64,000 bases of DNA from Bacteroidota bacterium (GCA_049317525.1 JBMOIC010000013.1:2014-66013), one strand, 5' to 3'. Numbered from the stretch's first letter, positions 10,423 to 21,444 are shown. Program-made: numbers and translations. The notes: generated by a model from the sequence alone, not told the origin.

Positions 10423-10898
10423 TCTATAAATGTATAAATAAATAATTATGTCTGAATTCTATGTATAAAGTTTACAAAACTCTTAGTCTTTATTATATCT
10501 TCACGTCAAAAACATCTTAGCCTAGTTTTATGTTTTTTTATGTGATATTGATAATACTTAGTTACTTCATGAAGTATCTATTGAATACAATCCATTTTTA
10601 TGAAAAAAAACCCTAAATCGCTTGTCCTACAATAAATAACTAAATTAACTTCTAACCAATCTGATTGAAGTAAAAACCAGAACCTAATATGAATATTTAT
10701 TATTCGACCGATATAATTTGCTACATGACATTAATTGACTTTTCATTCATACCTTTTGAGAAATATATCATATCTCAAACTTCTCTGCCCCCATACTTGG
10801 CATCACATTAAGACACATACACTTTTCATTTACCGCTATTCTTTACAATTCTTTATCATAATGAGTCTTCAGCCAAAGTCTTTAAGAATTATTAATTT

Positions 10899-11897
10899 TT
10901 ACTTAGAAATTTCTTTCAATGGATAAAGATTTGATTCGGAAACTGTATTCTTATTAAGCAATGGTGTAATTCCAGATTTCATCATAAATTTCGTTAGATA
11001 TAAGTCAAGTAATTCATTGTTTATATTTTTCAATGTAAATTGATTGTTATTTTTCCAATAATTATACTCTGTTTCTGTATTTGTAGCAGCATACACTCTA
11101 ACTTCAGTATTTGATAATGAACGGTAATAACCAATCTTATAATTTCCAGATGGCACAAGAGATGCTGTAACTGTTTTTTCATAATTAGTACCAGGATTGA
11201 TTTTCAGTTTTTTTACTGTCTTTACACCTTGATGATGAACTATTAGATAAAAATATGATTCTGGAATTCGAATAATATATTGTTGATGCTGATTATCAGT
11301 AAAATCAAAGTTCTCATATTTTGAAATAACTTCACCCAATAAGCTACCATCAGAGAATGTGGCATTTGTCTGCCAATAAAGACTTGGTTTGGGCGCTACT
11401 TTACCTTCTATATATGTAGATTTTATAGTAGTTGAATCATTTGGATCGATTGTTACTATTTCACCAAACATTCTTACTTCTGCTTTTGTAAACGTTGTAT
11501 TATATACAGTTAGAGCATAGTCATTTATAATATTGATAAGAAATGGTGTTGTAGTACCAATATTCCCTGCGGCATCATATGCCAAAGCCCTTAAAGTATA
11601 AGAGCCATTTTTTTGCAAATATGTATCCCAAGTAAATTCCCAAGGAGCAGATGTTATCGTACCGATCAGTGTATTGTCAAGATAGATCTCTACTTTCTTT
11701 ACACCTACATTATCATTGCATTGTAATTCAAATGTCTCATTTTCATAAAGATCTGTCCCATAGATACCTCCCGGATAGATAAAATCTATAGTAGGTTTAA
11801 CATTATCACTATTCAAAGCAGAATTTGAGTTATCTGAACATGAACTGTTCACTAAAAGGATAGAACTAAGAATTAAAAACAGGAAAAATGATTTCAT
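10899..11897 (-). CDS. Ig-like (Big) domain lipoprotein
   Basis: Lipobox NSSC; DNVGVKKVEIY...WDT...NGSYTLRALAYDAAGN is a typical bacterial Ig-like pattern. Confidence 0.75.
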   Translation of the reverse strand: MKSFFLFLILSSILLVNSSCSDNSNSALNSDNVKPTIDFIYPGGIYGTDLYENETFELQCNDNVGVKKVEIYLDNTLIGTITSAPWEFTWDTYLQKNGSYTLRALAYDAAGNIGTTTPFLINIINDYALTVYNTTFTKAEVRMFGEIVTIDPNDSTTIKSTYIEGKVAPKPSLYWQTNATFSDGSLLGEVISKYENFDFTDNQHQQYIIRIPESYFYLIVHHQGVKTVKKLKINPGTNYEKTVTASLVPSGNYKIGYYRSLSNTEVRVYAATNTETEYNYWKNNNQFTLKNINNELLDLYLTKFMMKSGITPLLNKNTVSESNLYPLKEISK

Positions 11898-12127
11898 AAA
11901 TACACCAAAAAAAAGAATGCGAAATATAGTTATGTCAAAAGTTAGTTAAAAGATAATTTCATTCTCTAGATATTAACATTCATTTGCATGATTTAACAAA
12001 AAAGTTGTTGCTTCGGAATGAATCATTAGATAACCCTCTTTGAATTACTATATTTTTTAGATTAAATATTTAGGAGTACTTCGATTTTTACAATCTAATT
12101 ACGTACTAAACACCCTATGAATTACAC

Positions 12128-12535
12128 TTATAATCCCATTGCAGCTTTTTCGAGTTTAGATTGTATTTCTAAGTATTTTTTTTCGATAGATGGATTTGAA
12201 TTACATGTATAAGAGTGTTTGGCCCAAATGCTTGCTTGTTTAAGCATAAAATTATATTCCAGGAAGACCGTTTTGTCTTTAGGATTTGCTTTGTATTTTT
12301 CTATTATCTCTATGTATTTATCAACCCATAATTGATAATCTAAAAGATATTGATCACAATTTTTTGAAGATGCAGGCCTATATACTATTGGATTTACTGC
12401 TGTTTGAAGCAAAGTAGATGCACTGATTGATGATTTGTCTACCGAAGACGATGGTTTATTAATTGTTTCTTTATTACAACCCAAAATAATACAAGAAACT
12501 AACAATAAACTTATACTTTGTACCCAAGCTTTCAT
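12128..12535 (-). CDS. Small helical lipoprotein (DUF6591-like)
   Basis: Lipobox ILGC; DQYLLDYQLWVDKYIEIIEKYK motif; ATG at 12535 preferred to the track start at 12550. Confidence 0.6.
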   Translation of the reverse strand: MKAWVQSISLLLVSCIILGCNKETINKPSSSVDKSSISASTLLQTAVNPIVYRPASSKNCDQYLLDYQLWVDKYIEIIEKYKANPKDKTVFLEYNFMLKQASIWAKHSYTCNSNPSIEKKYLEIQSKLEKAAMGL

Positions 12536-12697
12536 GCTCCCTCTACCCAATTAAAGTAATTTTCAACTACACACTAATTTTTTCTTGGAAAAACCACTTA
12601 ATCTTTTTTCAGTACATATTTAATACTTAAAAACTTTCAAAACAAGAAAGATTTAATTTTCTATGCAAAATGAGTAGTTACTAAGTAGTGCCACTTA

Positions 12698-13777
12698 TTA
12701 TTGTAGAATATTTAAAAGTATAGACTTTTTTTGTTCTTCTACTAATTTTTTTACAATTGGATTTTGGTCTATTTGGGCTTTTTCATGTGGTTTTAGATCT
12801 GAATATCCACTTCTGAAATAATCCAGGGCTAGGGATATTTTATCATTTTCATAAAGAAATATCGCCACTTGTACTTTACCGATACTATAACGTGGATTAG
12901 CGATTGGAATTTCTAATATTACTTGTTGGGCTAATTCATGTTCACCAATTTTCTTGAGTATTCTGGCAGCAACTAGTCTTGCTCTTGAAAAAGTATATTT
13001 TACACCAATTGCTCTATTTAACCATAATAAAGCTGATTGATACTTTTCTAATTTTTCGAAGGCTAAAGCCATTGCCAGCATAGTAGTTTCTTCATCAGGA
13101 AATATATGTAATGTTTTTTTGCATGCTTCAATGATATCATTCCAGCGTTTTGCAACTTGAAGAGCTGTGATTTCAGCTGCATAATAGGAATATCTTTCAG
13201 GATATTTCTTTTGTAATTGGTGGAGAATAGGTATAGCTTTAATATCTGCCTGAACTTCGGGAATTGAGCCATGCAGCCAAATTAAAGTGGAGCAATACAA
13301 GTCTAATTCGTCAGGAATATTGTCTATTATATCAGGACCTAATGCAGCATATCCATGCTTGGATATTTCCCATCCTTTATCGTGCTCTCCTTGCCATAAA
13401 AGAGCATGTCCAAGTGTAATCATAATTATCGGATTATTAAGAGAATTCAGATATTCAATTAAATACTCTTTTCCTTGTTGATCTTCAATAAAAGCAATAT
13501 ACCACGCTTTAAGAAAATCAGAGTCTGTTTGCTCTAGCCCTTGAACTATAGATAATTCTCCTTTTTCATCAGTAGAATGTATATCTCTAAAATGTGAAAA
13601 GGCTAAACTGACATAAAGGTTTGGAAAATTAACTGGTGATAAACTAATAGCTCTTTCTAGAACTTTTCTAGCTTCTGGAAATCTAGATCGTGATTCTAGT
13701 TCGATGCCAATATGTGCAAGAGTAAGGACATTATCCCAATTATTATTGGATTGTTCGATTAATTGTTGAATAGTCAT
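12698..13777 (-). CDS. Tetratricopeptide-repeat protein
   Basis: TPR-like helices (EARKVLERAISLSP, SALLWLNRAIGVK); likely start MTIQQ just after the mlaE stop. Confidence 0.7.
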   Translation of the reverse strand: MTIQQLIEQSNNNWDNVLTLAHIGIELESRSRFPEARKVLERAISLSPVNFPNLYVSLAFSHFRDIHSTDEKGELSIVQGLEQTDSDFLKAWYIAFIEDQQGKEYLIEYLNSLNNPIIMITLGHALLWQGEHDKGWEISKHGYAALGPDIIDNIPDELDLYCSTLIWLHGSIPEVQADIKAIPILHQLQKKYPERYSYYAAEITALQVAKRWNDIIEACKKTLHIFPDEETTMLAMALAFEKLEKYQSALLWLNRAIGVKYTFSRARLVAARILKKIGEHELAQQVILEIPIANPRYSIGKVQVAIFLYENDKISLALDYFRSGYSDLKPHEKAQIDQNPIVKKLVEEQKKSILLNILQ

Positions 13778-13784
13778 GCGAATA

Positions 13785-14564
13785 TTAGAAAATATAGCCA
13801 AAAACAGCATCTAAAATTAGTATGGTAGCCGCTGAGATTGTAAAAGCACGCACTGTACTGCGTCCAACACCTTCGGCACCACCTTCTGTTGCAAATCCAA
13901 CATGACACCCCACAAGTGCCGTAACTCCGCCAAATATCAAAGATTTAAATAATGATTGTAGTATTTCTGAAACTTGAAAAAATCGTTGGATTGAATCAAA
14001 AAAGATATCAAATGTAAAATCAAATTTTAATGTTGTTAATACATAAGCACCTATCAATGCAACTAAATTAGAAAATACAGCAAGGACAGGCATCATTGTT
14101 AGTGCAGCAATAACCCTTGGCATACCTAAATATCTATTTTTATCAATTGCCATCATTTCTAAAGCATCAATCTGCTCTGATACTTGCATTGTTCCTAATT
14201 GGGCAGCTATTGCGCCTCCAACTCTTCCAGCAATAACCAATGCCGTTAATACAGGCGTTAATTCAGTAAAAACAACAGTTGATATAGAACCACCAATAAA
14301 TGGACGTGCAATTCCTATCAAATTAAATTTTGCAAACAGATTTGTTGCTTGCAATGCAGCAATAGCGCCAGTAAATGCTCCAATAAGTATCACTAAGGGT
14401 AATGATTCATTTCCTACTATAGACATCTCAGCCATAACTAAACGACGATCTTTATGAATTCTAGGGACATAGCGCATAATCTGTGTAAATAGAATGGCGA
14501 TTTGTCCAAATTCCCTAAAAAAATTAATAAGCGAACGGCCAATTTGAGCAAAGATTTGTAGCAT
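13785..14564 (-). CDS. mlaE: MlaE-family ABC transporter permease
   Basis: ELTPVLTALVIAGRVGGAIAAQLGTMQVSEQIDALEMM and GGAEGVGRST signatures. Confidence 0.93.
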   Translation of the reverse strand: MLQIFAQIGRSLINFFREFGQIAILFTQIMRYVPRIHKDRRLVMAEMSIVGNESLPLVILIGAFTGAIAALQATNLFAKFNLIGIARPFIGGSISTVVFTELTPVLTALVIAGRVGGAIAAQLGTMQVSEQIDALEMMAIDKNRYLGMPRVIAALTMMPVLAVFSNLVALIGAYVLTTLKFDFTFDIFFDSIQRFFQVSEILQSLFKSLIFGGVTALVGCHVGFATEGGAEGVGRSTVRAFTISAATILILDAVFGYIF

Positions 14565-14644
14565 AAATTATAGAAATGATGTATACAATATCATTGATGA
14601 TATACGAAAATAAAGCATTCTATTTCGATATCACTATCTAGAAT

Positions 14645-14676
14645 AAAAAACCCCAAATCTTAGAGGATTCGGGGTT
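14645..14676 (-). terminator. Intrinsic terminator after 14696..15379
   Basis: Minus strand AACCCCGAATC/GATTTGGGGTT stem followed by a U tract. Confidence 0.8.
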
Positions 14677-14695
14677 AAAAATAGATATTAATGTA

Positions 14696-15379
14696 TTATC
14701 CTTGGCCACCGATAGAACCGCCTGGTGGTGGTGGAACATAATCACATGGGCTTGTTCCTTTGATTATCCATTCATTCCAAGCTCCTAATTGTGTTCCAGT
14801 TAATATCGATTTAATATTTTCCAATAATTGATTGTAGCAATTTTTTAAAGCTGCTTTTTTAGCTGCAACAGCATCTGCTGTCGCTTTTTTAACATAAACA
14901 TTAATTTTCTTTGTTTCTTCAGAAACCTGAGATTTTGAGAAAGATCCTGTTTTTACTTTTTTAGCAATTGCCTCTAACATGTTTTTTTGATCAGCACGTA
15001 TTTTTGCGATAGCTTCTTTAAAATTAAATAAGGCAGCTTTTTCACAATTCTTTTTAGCATTCATAAATGCATATACTTGTGCCATTTGCTCTGTTGTAAG
15101 CTTTAAACAAGGTAATGCTTTCTCTAATGTAATTTTTTTTGTTTCTGATTCATTGCTATCATCTTCGTCTGCATCATTGTCTGAACATTTATCACCGCTG
15201 GATAATGCAGAGATATCTAGTCCGCCCATATCAGAATTGGACAATACTTTAGCTGAAGATTCATTGTTCATTGAACTATCTACAGGACAGTTTTCTTGTG
15301 AACATCCGGATACAATAAGCAGAATTGCTAATAATGAGAAAAGTGATGAAATCACTTTAAGATTAATGCTTTTCTTCAT
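14696..15379 (-). CDS. Helical lipoprotein (Spy/CpxP-like pattern), paralog of 15533..16261
   Basis: Lipobox VSGC; LKLTTEQ and ILTGTQ motifs resemble LTxxQ repeats. Confidence 0.6.
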   Translation of the reverse strand: MKKSINLKVISSLFSLLAILLIVSGCSQENCPVDSSMNNESSAKVLSNSDMGGLDISALSSGDKCSDNDADEDDSNESETKKITLEKALPCLKLTTEQMAQVYAFMNAKKNCEKAALFNFKEAIAKIRADQKNMLEAIAKKVKTGSFSKSQVSEETKKINVYVKKATADAVAAKKAALKNCYNQLLENIKSILTGTQLGAWNEWIIKGTSPCDYVPPPPGGSIGGQG

Positions 15380-15448
15380 GTTTAAACCTTATGTATTATT
15401 AAAAGTAGTAAATAACATTTTTAAGATCATTCTATGATAAGTCTAATT

Positions 15449-15482
15449 AAAAAAACCCTCTATCGAAAAAGACAGAGGGTTT
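15449..15482 (-). terminator. Intrinsic terminator after 15533..16261
   Basis: Minus strand AAACCCTCTGTC/GATAGAGGGTTT stem followed by a U tract. Confidence 0.8.
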
Positions 15483-15532
15483 AATCCATTTCTAAGATAA
15501 GCAAGCTAAACTGCATGCAGATCTTTTTATAC

Positions 15533-16261
15533 TTATCCTCTTGTTCCAATTGTACGGGGATCGCAAGGTGCTTTCCCAGTAGTTTTCCATTGCATCCAAA
15601 TAACAAGTTGCTCTGGTGTAAGGATAGATTCAATATTTGCCATTAAAGAAGCACGGCAAGCATCTAATGCAACTTTCATTGCTGCTTCAGCTGATTTAAC
15701 AGCTGGCTTTAAACTTGCATTCAAAGCTTCGATTTGTGTGCGGGCATCTGCTTTTGTAAGAGTTCCTGCTTTCACTTGTTCTTTAATAGCATCAATTGCT
15801 GCTTTTTGTTGTTGACGGATTGGCTCGATAGCTGCACGGAATTGATCTTTTGCTGCTTTCTCGCAATCACGATTTGCTGACATGAACTCGCGTAATTTTG
15901 CAAGTTGTTCAGCTGATAATTTTAAACAAGGTAAAACTGATTCTAAACGTGCTGGACGATTTGATTTATCACCACGAACAGAATCTTTATTACCATCACG
16001 GTCATCTCGATCACCAAGGCTATCACGTTTTCCACCTGGACCACGTCTATCGCCTTTTGCAAACATTTCTGATGTATTATCAGACATTAAATCTGACATA
16101 TAATCATAGTTTGATGCAAATACTTTTTCGCTTGATTGATCGGCCATAGATGGCTGAACTACGCCAGAAGGATCTGTACAGCTAGAAGCAAATACAGTCA
16201 CAACAATAGCTGCTAAAGCAACAAGTATACCTTGTACTTTTTTTGCGATGAAGTTTTTCAT
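15533..16261 (-). CDS. Helical lipoprotein (Spy/CpxP-like pattern)
   Basis: Lipobox ASSC; LKLSAEQ and ILTPEQ motifs; charged disordered linker. Confidence 0.62.
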   Translation of the reverse strand: MKNFIAKKVQGILVALAAIVVTVFASSCTDPSGVVQPSMADQSSEKVFASNYDYMSDLMSDNTSEMFAKGDRRGPGGKRDSLGDRDDRDGNKDSVRGDKSNRPARLESVLPCLKLSAEQLAKLREFMSANRDCEKAAKDQFRAAIEPIRQQQKAAIDAIKEQVKAGTLTKADARTQIEALNASLKPAVKSAEAAMKVALDACRASLMANIESILTPEQLVIWMQWKTTGKAPCDPRTIGTRG

Positions 16262-16488
16262 AATTAATTCCTGAATTATATGATTAATAAAGCTATTTCT
16301 AAATAAATATAAGAGAAGTTTAAATTAAGGCCGGCATTCAATCTAACTTGCTCTATCTTAGATGGACTAAACGTTTACTGATGTTAGCGTCATTGAAGAT
16401 AGTAACAAGATCATAAGTAATTAGTTACAAGGTTTTATAATTAATTTTCTAAGATGATTCTAAGTTATAATCATATCATGTAATTACA

Positions 16489-17370
16489 TTATTTTTTTAA
16501 TGCTTCAGCTCCACCTACAATTTCTAACATTTCAGTTGTAATAGATGCTTGGCGTGCTTTATTATATGATAATTGAAGCGCTTTAATTAAGTCTCTTGCA
16601 TTAATTGTTGCAGTTTCCATTGCCATCATTCTTGCTGCTTGTTCGGCAGCATTTGATTCCAGTAGGGCTTTCCACACAATATTATTTAAATATTTAGGCA
16701 GAAGAATATCCATAATATCTCCACGATTTGGCTCGTAAAGATAATCAGATACTGCAGACTTCTGATCATTTTGCTTACTTTCAACAGGTAGTAATTGCTT
16801 TGCAATAACTTGTTGTTTTATTACCGAAATGAACTCATTATAGTACACTATAACTTGATCATATTTTTCATTAATAAAACCATCTGACGTTAACGAAGCA
16901 ATTTCTTGTGCTGTACTAAATGAAAGTTGGGCAAAAATATCTGGGAATTGTGCCGGATGAGTATCAGATCTTTTACTGAAAAAATTGACGGCTCTTTTAC
17001 CAACAGAATACACACTAACTTTGGCTTGTGGAAATTCTTTAGGTAGAGTATTATCAATATATTGTGCAGCTGTTCTTAATAAGTTAGCATTAAAACTACC
17101 ACATAAACCTCTATCTGAAGAAATAACTATAACAGCTATAGAGCGAATTGTTTCTGGTTTACGAAGTAAAGGATGGAAATATCCTTCTTCGGAGGATGCA
17201 GCTAAATTTGCTAATACTCCAGCCATTTTATCAGTATATGGCCTAGCAGACATAATACTTTCTTGAGCTCTACGCAACTTTGCAGCAGCAACCATTCTCA
17301 TTGCGGATGTTATTTTAGCTGTATTTTTTACGGAAGTAATTCTGTGACGAATATCACGTAATGTAGCCAT
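16489..17370 (-). CDS. atpG: F1Fo ATP synthase subunit gamma
   Basis: KITSAMRMVAAAK, SDRGLCGSFN, YNKARQASITTEMLEIVGGA. Confidence 0.98.
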   Translation of the reverse strand: MATLRDIRHRITSVKNTAKITSAMRMVAAAKLRRAQESIMSARPYTDKMAGVLANLAASSEEGYFHPLLRKPETIRSIAVIVISSDRGLCGSFNANLLRTAAQYIDNTLPKEFPQAKVSVYSVGKRAVNFFSKRSDTHPAQFPDIFAQLSFSTAQEIASLTSDGFINEKYDQVIVYYNEFISVIKQQVIAKQLLPVESKQNDQKSAVSDYLYEPNRGDIMDILLPKYLNNIVWKALLESNAAEQAARMMAMETATINARDLIKALQLSYNKARQASITTEMLEIVGGAEALKK

Positions 17371-17409
17371 AGTATCTATTCTCTGATTTATAAAGAATGC
17401 TTAAAGCAA

Positions 17410-18378
17410 TCAATAATATTGTTGTATTGGCATTAAATAATTACAGATATAATCTGAAATGCTATCTTCAAGCTCCATGAAGGAGTAAGCTGAATCTGAT
17501 TGTAATAAAGTTGTCATATCAGCTTGAGTATAGTTTTGATATTGTCCAAGTAATGATATCGGCATTGGAACATATTCTATATTCACAGGTAGATTCATTG
17601 CGGCAAACACTGCAGAAGCTAAATCATTCCAAGATCTGGCTTTGCCAGTTCCAAGATTAATCAAACCTTTTAAAGATGTATCGGACAATAATTTCCACAT
17701 TACATTACAGGCATCTTTTATATAAATGAAGTCTCTTAATTGTCCACCATTGGAATAAGAAGAATCATTAGAAGCAAAAAGCTTTATATATCCTGTTTTT
17801 TGTATCTGATTATATGCTTTGAATATCATACTTGCCATATCTAGTTTATGATATTCATTTGGGCCAAATACATTAAAAAATTTTATTCCGATAGCATTAT
17901 CTACATATGACATATTCATCATCCACTCATCAAAGAGTTGTTTGGAATATCCATACATATTTAGTGGTGAAAAACCATAACATGATGTATCTGAATAACC
18001 TTTTTCTCCTGCACCATAGGTTGCAGCACTTGAGGCATACATAAAAGGTATAGATTTATGCAATGCAAATTCTGCAATATCTTTACTGTAACGATAATTA
18101 TTATCTAATAAATAATCTGCATTTCTTTCTGTTGTAGCAGAACAAGCTCCTAAATGGATAATTGCAGTTATATCTTTAGAAGAATAATGTCCTTGTATAC
18201 ATTTTGTACGAAAAACTTCTGGATGTTCGATTGTTCTAAAACGTTTTCCAGATAGATTTTTCCAACGGTCATCCTGTTGTAAAGTATCTATAACCAGGAT
18301 ATCATGATATCCTTCATTATTAAGCTTTGTTATAAAACAACTGCCGATAAATCCGGCGGCTCCGGTTACAGCTATCAT
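17410..18378 (-). CDS. rfaD: ADP-L-glycero-D-manno-heptose 6-epimerase
   Basis: GAAGFIGS, HLGACSATTE, YASSAATYG, PLNMYGYSK, FFNVFGPNEYHK. Confidence 0.92.
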   Translation of the reverse strand: MIAVTGAAGFIGSCFITKLNNEGYHDILVIDTLQQDDRWKNLSGKRFRTIEHPEVFRTKCIQGHYSSKDITAIIHLGACSATTERNADYLLDNNYRYSKDIAEFALHKSIPFMYASSAATYGAGEKGYSDTSCYGFSPLNMYGYSKQLFDEWMMNMSYVDNAIGIKFFNVFGPNEYHKLDMASMIFKAYNQIQKTGYIKLFASNDSSYSNGGQLRDFIYIKDACNVMWKLLSDTSLKGLINLGTGKARSWNDLASAVFAAMNLPVNIEYVPMPISLLGQYQNYTQADMTTLLQSDSAYSFMELEDSISDYICNYLMPIQQYY

Positions 18379-18403
18379 AGAACAGGAAGAACTGTTAAGA
18401 AAA

Positions 18404-19963
18404 TTAACTTATACCACGTATGGCTTTAAATCTTTCGCTGAATGAAGTAAGTACTTCATTTAGATCTTTTCTAATAGAATCTGTGATATCTTTAACTTCT
18501 ATTATAGAACTTAATAAAGCTTTATGTTTTGTTTCCATTAAGTCTAAGAATTCGTCTTCGAATTCACGTACATTTTCTAATGGAATTGAATCTATATAGC
18601 CATTTGTAGCTGCGAAAATCAAAGCAATTTGTCTGTCAACACTAACAGGAGAGAACTGTTGTTGTTTTAGGATTTCGGTTAAACGAGCACCTCGACGTAA
18701 TTGTTGCATGGTAGATTTATCTAAGTCAGATCCAAATTTTGAGAATGCTTCTAATTCTCTATACATCGCGAGCTCTAATTTTAATGGTCCTGCTACACGT
18801 TTCATTGCTTTGATTTGTGCATTTCCACCTACTCGAGATACTGAAATACCAACATTTAAAGCTGGGCGAACCCCTGCATTAAAAAGATTGGATTCCAAAT
18901 ATATTTGTCCATCTGTAATTGAGATCACATTAGTAGGAATATATGCCGAAACATCACCAGCTTGAGTTTCAATAACAGGTAATGCAGTCATTGAACCGCC
19001 ACCTAAATCATCGCTAAGCTTAGCTGCTCTTTCTAGTAAACGACTATGCAAATAGAAAATATCACCTGGATATGCTTCACGTCCTGGTGGACGGCGTAAC
19101 AATAAGGAAACTTGTCTATAAGCAGCTGCTTGTTTTGTTAAATCATCATAAATCACCAAAGCATGACGGCCTGAATCTCGGAAGAATTCTCCCATAGATG
19201 CTCCGCAATAAGGAGCAATAAATTGCAATGGTGCTGGATCTGCAGCATTTGCAGCAACAATGATAGTATACTTCAATGCTCCATGTTGCTCTAATGTAGA
19301 TACAACATTTGCTACTGTAGAACCTTTTTGTCCGATAGCAACATATATACAATAAACAGGATTTATGCCAAGACGCTTTGCTTCATCTGTATGAGTATAT
19401 CTTTGATTAATAATCGTATCTAAAGCTACTACAGTTTTGCCAGTTTGGCGGTCACCAATAATCAATTCACGTTGCCCACGGCCAATTGGAATTAATGCAT
19501 CAATAGCCTTAATACCAGTCTGCAATGGCTCTGTAACTGGTTGGCGTTCGATAACACCAAGAGCTTTTCTTTCTATTGGTAATGTTTTTGTAGATAGAAT
19601 TGGACCTTTGCCATCGATAGGAACTCCTAATGGATTAACTACTCTACCGAGTAATTCTTCTCCAACAGGTACAGATGCAATACGGCCTGTACGACGAACT
19701 GTATCACCTTCTTTAACTAGGCGGTCATCCCCAAAGAGAATAACACCAACATTATCTTCTTCTAGATTAAGCACCATTCCCATAACACCATTGGGGAACT
19801 CTACGAGTTCTGATGCCATAACTTTGGATATGCCGTAAACGCGGGCAACACCGTCTCCTACCTGCAATACTGTTCCGACTTCATAGATATCAGCTTCGTT
19901 TTCAAAGCCTGAAAGTTGTCGGCGTAAAATAGCAGAAATTTCTTCGGGTCGAACTTCAGCCAT
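18404..19963 (-). CDS. atpA: F1Fo ATP synthase subunit alpha
   Basis: [43 protein letters not shown]. Confidence 0.99.
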   Translation of the reverse strand: MAEVRPEEISAILRRQLSGFENEADIYEVGTVLQVGDGVARVYGISKVMASELVEFPNGVMGMVLNLEEDNVGVILFGDDRLVKEGDTVRRTGRIASVPVGEELLGRVVNPLGVPIDGKGPILSTKTLPIERKALGVIERQPVTEPLQTGIKAIDALIPIGRGQRELIIGDRQTGKTVVALDTIINQRYTHTDEAKRLGINPVYCIYVAIGQKGSTVANVVSTLEQHGALKYTIIVAANAADPAPLQFIAPYCGASMGEFFRDSGRHALVIYDDLTKQAAAYRQVSLLLRRPPGREAYPGDIFYLHSRLLERAAKLSDDLGGGSMTALPVIETQAGDVSAYIPTNVISITDGQIYLESNLFNAGVRPALNVGISVSRVGGNAQIKAMKRVAGPLKLELAMYRELEAFSKFGSDLDKSTMQQLRRGARLTEILKQQQFSPVSVDRQIALIFAATNGYIDSIPLENVREFEDEFLDLMETKHKALLSSIIEVKDITDSIRKDLNEVLTSFSERFKAIRGIS

Positions 19964-20005
19964 GGTCTATTTACCTGTTAAATATAGAGTTATACTAATA
20001 TTATA

Positions 20006-20851
20006 TTAAAATCTGAATGCTATACCCATATGCACAAATAGCATATCTGTACCTGCATTTGTAAATTGTTCATATATGGTTGTGCCATTTTTATCTACAT
20101 CTTTCACTTTTTGATAATCTGTAGGACTGCCATACAGATATCTAGCTTTGATATCAAGTAATATGCTACTTGCAGAATTTGGTAGAGTAATGTTTTCTAC
20201 CATTTTTATCATGATTCCAGTAGCTATACCATAATTTGTAAAAACGGATCTATCGGAATAAATTTCATCAGTTCTAGTTTCAGTTACTATCGAACCATCT
20301 GCTTTTTTTACTCTCTCATCATATTCGCCATCTGTAGTTGCACTGTAAACATTTAAACCTGCAGACAATTCAGCATAGGGAAATACCCAATGTTTTATGT
20401 CAAATTGAAATCTAGTAAATAGATTAATAGGTACAACAGAATTTGTATATACCCAACTCTCATATTTGGTAGAATACAATGCAAATTGTTTATTTCTTGT
20501 TAGCGCGCAATATCCAATATCCAATCCTGGAACTACAGAAAAATTGACAGGAATATTATTGTCAGAAAACAATTTTTCAAATGAATAACCTCCGCCAAAT
20601 GCTAGCCCAAATCCGCCTGAGCCAATATTGCTTTGGAATTCTCCTTGAGGATTACCAGATCCCATAGAAAAATAGGCAAAACCACGCCTAGGTTTATTCT
20701 TTAAGTCTTCTATTAATTTTGTATCATCATTTTGTGCTTTTATAACTACTGTAGACAGAATAAACATGAATACAATGCCGCAAAAGAAAACTGCTTGAGC
20801 AAAAAGCTCATCATTTCTTTTCGATACATATAAAAGTTTCAGTATGTTCAT
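20006..20851 (-). CDS. Hypothetical outer-membrane beta-barrel protein
   Basis: Signal-like N-terminus, amphipathic strands, terminal HMGIAFRF beta-signal. Confidence 0.65.
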   Translation of the reverse strand: MNILKLLYVSKRNDELFAQAVFFCGIVFMFILSTVVIKAQNDDTKLIEDLKNKPRRGFAYFSMGSGNPQGEFQSNIGSGGFGLAFGGGYSFEKLFSDNNIPVNFSVVPGLDIGYCALTRNKQFALYSTKYESWVYTNSVVPINLFTRFQFDIKHWVFPYAELSAGLNVYSATTDGEYDERVKKADGSIVTETRTDEIYSDRSVFTNYGIATGIMIKMVENITLPNSASSILLDIKARYLYGSPTDYQKVKDVDKNGTTIYEQFTNAGTDMLFVHMGIAFRF

Positions 20852-20860
20852 TTTTTCATT

Positions 20861-21418
20861 CTACATTGTAACAGAATAAGAGCCAGAAAGCTCTACTTGC
20901 AATTTGTTTAGTTGATGTCTCACAGAAGCATCTATCATCATATCTGCAATAGTAATTATTAAACCACCTTTTATTGCAGGATCTACACTAAAATGTGGTA
21001 AAACTGTTTTACCTGTTTTATCTGCAATAGCTGTAACTATACTTGCTGATAAATCTTCAGATAATTCTATGGCAGACACTATTTTTACGGGTACTAGATT
21101 ATTCTTTTTATTATATAATTCCGTAAATGCTGCAGAAATTTCTTGAAAAACAGATTCTCTTCTTTTTTTTGCAAGCATCTCAATAAACTGAATCATCAAT
21201 GTTGAAACCTTTCCCTCAAACACTTCTTTACATATAGAAATCTTATGATGATATTTAACTACAGGACTATTAAATAGAGCCCTCAATTCATCGGAAACAT
21301 TCAAACTGTCAACAATTAAAGTGAAGTCTTTGCGAATATCTTCGGTAGTATTATTATCATTTGCTATGCTCATTAATGCTGTAGCATAACGTTGTGCAAT
21401 TCGGGTTGAAGTAGCCAT
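20861..21418 (-). CDS. atpH: F1Fo ATP synthase subunit delta
   Basis: IAQRYATAL, VDPAIKGG...IDASV; operon position. Confidence 0.95.
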   Translation of the reverse strand: MATSTRIAQRYATALMSIANDNNTTEDIRKDFTLIVDSLNVSDELRALFNSPVVKYHHKISICKEVFEGKVSTLMIQFIEMLAKKRRESVFQEISAAFTELYNKKNNLVPVKIVSAIELSEDLSASIVTAIADKTGKTVLPHFSVDPAIKGGLIITIADMMIDASVRHQLNKLQVELSGSYSVTM

Positions 21419-21444
21419 AATATCGCAGCAGTTGCTAAAACCAA

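Noticed and set aside
10735-10926. 63-aa plus-strand ORF
   Set aside because: TTG start, overlap with the convergent gene's end and no recognisable features.
16262-16489. Missing atpD/atpC as an anomaly
   Set aside because: A separate atpDC locus is normal in Bacteroidota and Chlorobi relatives.
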